Source of the DNA: Methanobacteriota archaeon
GTDB lineage: Archaea > Thermoplasmatota > Thermoplasmata > UBA10834
Direction of reading: 5' to 3'
Assembly: GCA_020347565.1 (NCBI GenBank)
Contig: CP070732.1
Coordinates: 514,681-578,680 of the forward strand
DNA: 64,000 bases
Shown here: one piece after another, positions 57,684 through 64,000 of the stretch
How the letters are laid out: the number at the start of each line of letters is the position of its first letter
How positions within the stretch are numbered: position 1 is the first letter of the stretch
Notes under the pieces: generated by a model
What the model was told of the DNA's origin: nothing
The model's input: the letters and a program-made list of their open reading frames with translations, nothing else
The model's database searches: none
Translations under genes and position numbers: made by a program

Positions 57684-58889
57684 ATGTCGGCCAAGGACTA
57701 CATCGAACTTGAACAGACGTATGGGGCGCACAACTATCACCCGCTGCCGGTGGTGATCTCCAAGGCGGAGGGAGTGTGGGTATGGGACGCCGATGGCAAG
57801 CGGTACATCGACATGCTGAGTTCCTACTCGGCGATCAACCAGGGGCACCTGCATCCGAGGATCGTCAGGGCGGCCGTCGACCAGTTGGACAGGGTTTCCC
57901 TGACATCGAGGGCGTTCTCGAACGACAGGATGGGGCCGTTCCTGAAGAAGCTGTGCGAGGTCAGCGGCATGGAGATGGCGCTTCCCATGAACACCGGCGC
58001 CGAGGCCGTAGAGACCGCGATCAAGCTCGCCAGACGGTGGGGTCATCAGAGGAAAGGTATCCCTGAGGATATGGGTGATATCATCGTGTGCGAGAACAAC
58101 TTCCACGGACGCACGAGCACAATAATCAGCTTCTCGTCGGACGCAGGCTCCAGAAGCGGCTTCGGCCCGTACACGCCGGGCTTCGTGACGATTCCTTACG
58201 ACGATGCCGCCGCCTTCGAGAGCTCGATAGGCGAGAACACTATGGCGATCCTCGTCGAGCCCATACAGGGCGAGGCTGGGATCAACGTGCCGTCGCCAGG
58301 CTACCTCAAGGAGCTGAGGCGCATATGCGATGAGAAGGACATTCTGCTGATACTGGACGAGATTCAGACGGGGTTTGCGCGCACGGGCAAGATGTTCGCT
58401 TTCGAGCATGAGGGGATAAAGCCGGACGTTCTGTGTGTCGGAAAGGCGCTCGGAGGCGGTCTGTATCCAGTATCGGCCGTTGTGTCGTCGCGCGAGCTGC
58501 TATCGGTCTTCACCCCTGGCTCCCATGGAAGCACCTTTGGCGGCAACCCTCTCGCTTCAGCGATAGCCAGCGCCGCCCTCGACGTGCTGTTGGACGAGAA
58601 CCTTGCGGAACGATCCGCGGAGATGGGAGCCTACTTCGTGACGAAGTTGAATGAGATCGACAGCCGGAAGATGAAGGAGATACGGGCAAAGGGCCTGCTC
58701 ATAGGGGTCGAGTTCCACCTTGGCGAAGGGGAGACGGTCAGGCCGGTATGCCAGAAGCTCATGGAGGAGGGGGTGCTCGCCAAGGACACCCACGAGAAGA
58801 CCGTACGGTTCGCCCCGCCTCTGACGATTACCAAGGAAGAGATCGACTGGGCGATGGAACGCATAGCGAGAGTGCTCAAAGGCAGCTGA
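57684..58889 (+). CDS. rocD: Ornithine--oxo-acid aminotransferase (class III PLP aminotransferase)
   Basis: YGAHNYHPLPVV opening and PLP Lys region (CVGKALGGG). GGAGG 8 nt upstream of the ATG at 57684. Confidence 0.8.
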   Translation: MSAKDYIELEQTYGAHNYHPLPVVISKAEGVWVWDADGKRYIDMLSSYSAINQGHLHPRIVRAAVDQLDRVSLTSRAFSNDRMGPFLKKLCEVSGMEMALPMNTGAEAVETAIKLARRWGHQRKGIPEDMGDIIVCENNFHGRTSTIISFSSDAGSRSGFGPYTPGFVTIPYDDAAAFESSIGENTMAILVEPIQGEAGINVPSPGYLKELRRICDEKDILLILDEIQTGFARTGKMFAFEHEGIKPDVLCVGKALGGGLYPVSAVVSSRELLSVFTPGSHGSTFGGNPLASAIASAALDVLLDENLAERSAEMGAYFVTKLNEIDSRKMKEIRAKGLLIGVEFHLGEGETVRPVCQKLMEEGVLAKDTHEKTVRFAPPLTITKEEIDWAMERIARVLKGS

Positions 58890-58964
58890 GCCCTGCTGTC
58901 GTCAACCGCACCCTCTCGGAACAATGCATTAGGCCTGCAACGCGATACACGATCGGAGATGTGA

Positions 58965-59384
58965 ATGCAGATAGCCAGGAAAGGCGACACGATATTCATC
59001 CGCCTAGACCACGGTGAGGATGTCCTCGAGTCGCTCTCCGAAGCGATCCGTGAGGAGCGCTCCACGCTGGTACTGACTGCCGGCTTGGGGATGATATCCG
59101 AGTTCGAGATAGGATACTTCGACAACGGCAACTATGTCAAGAAGTCGTTTGAGGAGGCGCACGAGCTGCTGTCGATGCAGGGCTCCGTGGCGACGGAAGG
59201 CGATCCGAGACTGCACATCCATGTCACAGTCGCAGACAGGTCTCACTCCGCCTTCGGAGGGCACCTTGTTCGAGGAAGGGTCTGGATGAGCAACGAGATA
59301 GCCGCGCTGAGGATCGAAGGACTCTCATCGTCCAGGCAGATGGACCCCGTGAAGAAGGTCGGGATCTTGCAGCTCAAGACATGA
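58965..59384 (+). CDS. PPC (DUF296) domain protein
   Basis: HIHVTVAD...GGHL motif of the PCC/DUF296 fold; 139 aa. Confidence 0.55.
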   Translation: MQIARKGDTIFIRLDHGEDVLESLSEAIREERSTLVLTAGLGMISEFEIGYFDNGNYVKKSFEEAHELLSMQGSVATEGDPRLHIHVTVADRSHSAFGGHLVRGRVWMSNEIAALRIEGLSSSRQMDPVKKVGILQLKT

Positions 59385-59403
59385 GGCCGAGCAGAGAGTG
59401 GGC

Positions 59404-59895
59404 TTATCGGTTGAGCGCGACGGCCAGCGACGCCACTCTGCTTCCAAGGTCGCGGCAGTACTCTGCCTCTTCATCGTTCGGCGCCTCGATTGCGGCCGCG
59501 CCGTAGTGCTTGTCGTCGTGTCTTCCCTGCACAACCATGCCGTGTATCAGCATGGCCTGCAGCATGGCCAGCAGCGCTGTCTCCGCGCCGCAAGCTGTAC
59601 CTCCCGAGCTCGTGAAGGCTCCGCCGACCTTCCCCTTCAGCTTGCCGTGTATGTTGAAGCTCTTGTCGATCAGCTCCTTCATCCTTCCAGACATGTTGCC
59701 GTAGTACGTCGGGGATCCCAGGATGACCGCATCCGCGCCTTCGAGGTCATCCAGCTTCGCCTTTTCTATGCCCACAACAGACGCATCGGCCCCGTCGACC
59801 TTTCGAACGCCCTCAGCCACACTTGCAGCCATTCTCTCCGTGTTGCCCGTCCTTGAGTCGTATACTATCAGCACTCTCACCATCTTCCTCACCAC
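59404..59895 (-). CDS. Flavodoxin-like FMN-binding protein (NADPH-dependent FMN reductase / WrbA-like)
   Basis: VLIVYDSRTGNTE flavodoxin signature; 163 aa. Confidence 0.7.
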   Translation of the reverse strand: MVRKMVRVLIVYDSRTGNTERMAASVAEGVRKVDGADASVVGIEKAKLDDLEGADAVILGSPTYYGNMSGRMKELIDKSFNIHGKLKGKVGGAFTSSGGTACGAETALLAMLQAMLIHGMVVQGRHDDKHYGAAAIEAPNDEEAEYCRDLGSRVASLAVALNR

Positions 59896-59904
59896 CTCAC
59901 TCGA

Positions 59905-60276
59905 TCAGTACAGAATCTTCCCCGTCAGGACGACTCTGTCGTCCTTGGTGGGAACGCCCTCGCGTTCGACGTGCCTCCTGCGAGCGGCCGCAGCCCTCCT
60001 CTCGCCGCCGAAGCCGCCGTCGGATTTTACGACCCTGTGACACGGCACGATAGGGTACAGCGGGTTCTTGTGAAGTGCATTTGCCACGGCCCTCTGTGCC
60101 TTGGGTCTGCCTATGGCTCTTGCGACCCTGCTGTACGTGCTCACCCTTCCCTCAGGTATCTTGAACGTGGCGAGGTATACGTCCCTCTCGAACTTCGACC
60201 AACCCTTCAGATACTCCCTTAAGTCTTTCTCGGTCCTGACATCGGATTTCCTCAGCGCAGACATCCCCCGTATCAT
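59905..60276 (-). CDS. Methylated-DNA--protein-cysteine methyltransferase-like (MGMT C-terminal domain only)
   Basis: Active-site PCHRVV motif and a preceding helix-turn-helix. Trimmed to MIRGMSALRK, giving about 124 aa. Confidence 0.65.
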   Translation of the reverse strand: MIRGMSALRKSDVRTEKDLREYLKGWSKFERDVYLATFKIPEGRVSTYSRVARAIGRPKAQRAVANALHKNPLYPIVPCHRVVKSDGGFGGERRAAAARRRHVEREGVPTKDDRVVLTGKILY

Positions 60277-60563
60277 TCGGTAGCTGAGACGTATGGGAAA
60301 CAGCATTAGATGCCTTTCGGTGGCTCGGCGAAAATGGTGCCCTCCTCGAAGAGGGGGCGCGAGCGCCGCCTCCATGAGCGGATGGCATGTCCGACGTGGG
60401 GTTATACATACTAGTTTGGCGTTCCACAACCGTCCGTGGTGCAGGTGTGAAGGCGCTATGGCCTCCTCTGGAGACGTGCTCGATAGGCTATGAGAGCGTA
60501 AATCGGGAAAGCCTGCTGGACGTCGCTTTGGTGATTGAGCGAAGACATACTTGAGGGACGTAG

Positions 60564-61544
60564 ATGTTCGTAGCACCTGAAGGTGAAAGCGCGGGATCCC
60601 AATCGTTCCACTTGTCGGCGAAGAACGTGACGGTGCGCTTTGGGGAAGTCACTGCCTTGGACCACTTCACGGCGAACGTGCCACGGGGTACGGTAGGTCT
60701 TCTTGGCCCCAACGGCGCTGGCAAGAGCACGTTCATCAAGGCATCTCTAGGGCTGCTGGAGCTCGACGATGGCTCCATCCGTGTGGGCAGTCTGGATTCA
60801 CGACACCAGAGCCTTGCGATTCGGGACGAGGTGGGTTACATGCCAGAGCACGACTGTCTTCTGCAGTCCATGAACGCGGTCGAGCTGGTGGCCTATCTAG
60901 CTCAGATCTCCGGGATGGGACGGCGCGACTCGATGCAGAGAAGTCATGAAGTCCTGGATTTCGTCGGAATCGACGAGGAGCGGTATCGATTGATTAAGTC
61001 ATACTCCACTGGCATGAAGCAGAAGGTCAAGCTGGCACAGGCGATAGTCCACGACCCGTCCCTCCTGTTCCTGGATGAACCGACGAGCGGGATGGACCCA
61101 CAGGGAAGGGAGGAGATGCTCGACCTCGTCAGGCGGATCGGCTCCTCAGAGAAGACAGTGATTGTCTCTTCTCACATATTGCAGGAGGTCGAGCGCGTGT
61201 GCGATTACGTCGTCATAATCAGCAGCGGCAAGCTCATACGTGCCGGAGAGACGCTGGCTCTTGTGGCTGGAGAGGAAGGGGTCCACAGCCTAACCATCCG
61301 GGGAGACAGCAAGGCGATTGCAGACTATGTAGGAGCCTTGGGAGAGCTCTGTGAAGTTCTGAGAAAAACGGGCGAGGGCGACCGCCAGACGACTCTGCTA
61401 CTTCGCGGTTGCGGAGATGGAAGAGCCATCTTTCGGCTGGCCGCGGAAGGCGGTGTCCAGGTGAGGAGCTACCGCCCGGAGACGCTTGACCTCGAAGAGG
61501 TCTTCCTGAGAGCGTTCAAGAGGGGTGAATCGAATGGGAATTAG
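60564..61544 (+). CDS. ABC transporter ATP-binding protein, with a roughly 100-aa C-terminal extension
   Basis: Walker A GPNGAGKST, signature YSTGMKQK, Walker B LLFLDEPTSGMD. Confidence 0.85.
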   Translation: MFVAPEGESAGSQSFHLSAKNVTVRFGEVTALDHFTANVPRGTVGLLGPNGAGKSTFIKASLGLLELDDGSIRVGSLDSRHQSLAIRDEVGYMPEHDCLLQSMNAVELVAYLAQISGMGRRDSMQRSHEVLDFVGIDEERYRLIKSYSTGMKQKVKLAQAIVHDPSLLFLDEPTSGMDPQGREEMLDLVRRIGSSEKTVIVSSHILQEVERVCDYVVIISSGKLIRAGETLALVAGEEGVHSLTIRGDSKAIADYVGALGELCEVLRKTGEGDRQTTLLLRGCGDGRAIFRLAAEGGVQVRSYRPETLDLEEVFLRAFKRGESNGN

Positions 61545-62355
61545 CCCTATCCAGTACCGGCCTTGGAAGGGCGAGAGGAGCGCTCAGAACCTCCGGATGT
61601 ACGTGATTCTGAGGAGCGTGTTCAGGCACGGCCTGAAATCGACCGGAGTGAAGATACTGCTCATCCTTGGATTCTTTCTGATATTCGCTTTTCAGCTGAT
61701 ATTTGTCGTGCTGATGCCGCACGAAAGGCTCGAGGCGGAGGACATGAACTCGAGCCTCAACGGATTCGGCCTCGCCATCTTCGCGATGCTGTTGGCGGCC
61801 GTCGTGACCTCCGACCTGATATCGGAGGATCTGTCGAGCAACTCGTTCGTACTATACTTCAGCCGGGCTGTGAAGGTAAGAGACTATGTCGTGGGCAAGA
61901 CTGGCGGAGCGCTCATCATCATGAGTATCCTCTGCATGGTTCCTCCCGTGCTCATCGCTGTCGTGGCAACGTTGACACAGAGCGGGGGAGACTACTTGCA
62001 CAGCGCGGGCATAATCGGCCGGACCGCCGTCGCCGGAGCCCTCGCGACGGTATTCTATATCCCATATGGCATCATGATGTCGGCGTTCACCAGGAAGAAG
62101 AGCTATGCGGCCGTCGGTACCTTCATGTCGTTCTTCGTCCTCGTCATCGTGGCCGAGGTCTTCTCCGAGTTCGCCCGAGAGTGGAGAATTATCAGCCCTG
62201 TGGAATCCCTGGTCTATTCGTTCGACTGGATCTACGGCGAATCGCTGCCGTCCTACATAAGCGAGGGCGCCCTGGTTTCGTTCCTGGTTCTCTTCATCCT
62301 GGTTCCTGCAGCGTTGACGTACCTGAGGATAATGAGACAGGCGGTGGGCAAATGA
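61525..62355 (+). CDS. ABC-2 type exporter permease
   Basis: 6-TM profile. Overlaps both the upstream ATPase and the downstream ATPase (ATGA). Confidence 0.7.
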   Translation: MNRMGISPIQYRPWKGERSAQNLRMYVILRSVFRHGLKSTGVKILLILGFFLIFAFQLIFVVLMPHERLEAEDMNSSLNGFGLAIFAMLLAAVVTSDLISEDLSSNSFVLYFSRAVKVRDYVVGKTGGALIIMSILCMVPPVLIAVVATLTQSGGDYLHSAGIIGRTAVAGALATVFYIPYGIMMSAFTRKKSYAAVGTFMSFFVLVIVAEVFSEFAREWRIISPVESLVYSFDWIYGESLPSYISEGALVSFLVLFILVPAALTYLRIMRQAVGK

Positions 62356-63305
62356 GCGGAGGACGCACCCCAGCAGTGGACGCCGTCATCGTCGCAGAGG
62401 CCCTCGGCAAATGGTACGGCGAGGTGATAGGCCTCAACAACTTCTCGCTCGACGTCAAGCACGGCGTGACCGGCGTTGTCGGGCCGAACGGGTCAGGGAA
62501 GAGCACGTTCTTCAAGCTGGTTTTAGGTTTGATAAAGCCAAATACCGGAGACATAACGGTCCTCGGCCAGAAACCCTGGTGCAACCCAGGGCTGCACTCC
62601 GAAATAGGCTTCTGTCCCGACTACGAGTCGCTGCCTTCGGACTCCACAGGCAGGGAGTTCCTGTCTCTCATCGGCCACCTCCATGCCATGGAAGGGGCTG
62701 CGCTCCGCAAGCGCATCGACGAAGCCGCGAAGCTGGTCGTAATGAGTCATGCGTTGGACAGGAAGACCGGAGGATACAGCAAAGGTATGAAGCAAAGGAT
62801 GAAGATCGCGGGCGCGCTCATCCACGATCCCCAGTTGCTCATACTGGACGAGCCCCTCAGCGGGACGGACCCCATAGTCCGCAAGGAACTCATAGACCTG
62901 ACGAGGTCGCTGTACAGGGATCACGGCCACGACGTCGTCGTCAGTTCTCATGTGCTCTTCGAAATCGAGAGGATGACCCACGACGTGGCACTGATGTACA
63001 AGGGACGAACGGTTGCCTCCGGTGACATCTCGGAGATAAGGGCGCTCATAGACAAGCACCCACACAACATCATCATCGAGGGCGAAGACATCTCGATACT
63101 TGCAAAGGCGCTCCTCGACCAGCCATACACGGTATCCGTCGCCTTCAACCACGAGAGGGATGGCATGACGGTTCAGGTTTCGAGGCCTGACGACTTCTTC
63201 AGCGAGCTGCCTGCAATTGTGGGCGAGACAGGCGGCAGCGTGACCAGCATGTACAGCTTGGACGACAACCTGGAAGCGATTTTCAAGTACCTCGTGGGGC
63301 GGTGA
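62352..63305 (+). CDS. ABC transporter ATP-binding protein (second copy)
   Basis: Walker A GPNGSGKST, signature YSKGMKQR, Walker B LLILDEPLSGTD. The six-frame ORF 61563-63305 is a frame-merged artefact. Confidence 0.85.
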   Translation: MSGGRTPAVDAVIVAEALGKWYGEVIGLNNFSLDVKHGVTGVVGPNGSGKSTFFKLVLGLIKPNTGDITVLGQKPWCNPGLHSEIGFCPDYESLPSDSTGREFLSLIGHLHAMEGAALRKRIDEAAKLVVMSHALDRKTGGYSKGMKQRMKIAGALIHDPQLLILDEPLSGTDPIVRKELIDLTRSLYRDHGHDVVVSSHVLFEIERMTHDVALMYKGRTVASGDISEIRALIDKHPHNIIIEGEDISILAKALLDQPYTVSVAFNHERDGMTVQVSRPDDFFSELPAIVGETGGSVTSMYSLDDNLEAIFKYLVGR

Positions 63306-63309
63306 GGAT

Positions 63310-64000
63310 ATGGACATCAAGAAGGCGGTCAATGGCATTTGGGCGCTGACGCTTCACTCCTTGAAAGGACTTCTGCTGAGCAGAAAGGTCGTTATAACGT
63401 TCCTCGTCACGCTGTTCGTGGTGGCCGTGATGGGCTACGCAGGCGCCCAGGACGTGGACGCCCTATACGCCGGCACGAACCTGATGGACGTGCTGATACT
63501 GTTCTTCTTCATGCCCGTGATGGCGATGATATTCGGATCGTCGCTGATTCGCGACGAGATTGACAACAAGAGCATAACGCATGTCGCCACATCGCCTCTC
63601 GACCGCGCGTTCGCATATGTGGGCTACTACCTACCATTGGCCCTGGCCGTCTCGGTGTCGATGATCTTGATAACCACCGCAGGCTTCCTTAGCTTCTTCG
63701 TGCAGCAAGGCGTAACGGCTGCCGCCGTTGAGGTGTATCTTGAGCTCACAGCCCTGGTGGTCATAGGGGCCTTCGCATACTCGTCTCTATTCCTGGCAGC
63801 GAGCGTCTGGTTCAAGAAGCCCGTGTTCTTCGGCCTGTTCTACGCTTTCATATGGGAGGGCTTCATAGGCTCGATACCGGGCCAGATTCAGAAGGCGTCC
63901 ATCAAGCACTATCTGAGGAGTATAGGCTCGGAATGGATTGACCACGGCGACATCAGCGAGTTCGACGCATCGAGTGCTGGCGGGTCGGCAGCTGTGATCG
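63310..64000 (+). CDS. ABC-2 type exporter permease (second copy; the 3' end lies outside the window)
   Basis: ATG at 63310, 4 bp after the ATPase stop; hydrophobic multi-TM sequence continues to the window edge. Confidence 0.65.
   Translation, partial: MDIKKAVNGIWALTLHSLKGLLLSRKVVITFLVTLFVVAVMGYAGAQDVDALYAGTNLMDVLILFFFMPVMAMIFGSSLIRDEIDNKSITHVATSPLDRAFAYVGYYLPLALAVSVSMILITTAGFLSFFVQQGVTAAAVEVYLELTALVVIGAFAYSSLFLAASVWFKKPVFFGLFYAFIWEGFIGSIPGQIQKASIKHYLRSIGSEWIDHGDISEFDASSAGGSAAVI

Noticed and set aside
60293-60493. 66-aa plus-strand ORF in the MGMT/ABC divergent intergenic region
   Set aside because: Cys/Arg/Trp-rich low-complexity translation with no RBS, lying within a probable promoter region. 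It is likely spurious.
61563-63305. 580-aa ORF spanning the ABC permease and the second ABC ATPase
   Set aside because: The first ~260 codons are an Arg-rich alternative frame of the permease gene. Only the portion from the ATG at 62352 has ABC ATPase motifs. I split it into the real permease (61525-62355) and ATPase (62352-63305).
1-64000. CRISPR arrays, transposases, integrases and rRNA/tRNA genes
   Set aside because: No regularly spaced direct repeats were seen. No ORF carries DDE transposase or integrase motifs. No intergenic gap of tRNA size shows tRNA-like structure. The window appears to be core chromosome plus a modest accessory stretch.

Overview
This window is a high-GC (roughly 60%) stretch of archaeal chromosome, almost certainly euryarchaeal. 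The taxon guess (Thermoplasmata or Methanomassiliicoccales-like) is inference only. The archaeal assignment rests on gene content: Orc1/Cdc6, TFB, Gar1, TiaS, the PolD small subunit, a tRNA-splicing endonuclease, Cdc48 and a complete A-type ATP synthase operon. About 70 protein-coding genes are packed tightly, with frequent 4-bp ATGA or GTGA overlaps. By eye I found no rRNA, tRNA, CRISPR array, transposase or integrase.

Main landmarks:
- A predicted replication origin at 7223-7589, with ORB-like inverted repeats around an AT-rich stretch, lies between divergent hflX and orc1/cdc6.
- The A1A0 ATP synthase operon atpH-I-K-E-C-F-A-B-D spans 13.2-21.6 kb, followed by a convergent PolD small subunit (DP1).
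- Housekeeping and metabolic genes include a bacterial-type GAPDH, gar1-tfb, archaeal phosphopantothenate synthetase, ahcY, purE, a split guaA, a RibD-type reductase, PAC2, rtcA, transporters, ornithine aminotransferase and two tandem ABC-2 exporter pairs.
- An accessory-looking block at about 26-34 kb holds a low-GC small gene, a CYTH enzyme, a V4R/KaiC-like/DUF835 three-gene module, and a wHTH protein whose ATPase P-loop is degenerate. That regulator sits divergently from a 1146-aa surface protein carrying an archaeal type IV pilin-like N-terminus and FG-GAP/integrin-like repeats. No pilus assembly genes are in the window.

Many long six-frame ORFs are GC-driven artefacts: Arg/Pro-rich antisense frames, or 5' over-extensions of real genes. 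I trimmed or rejected those.
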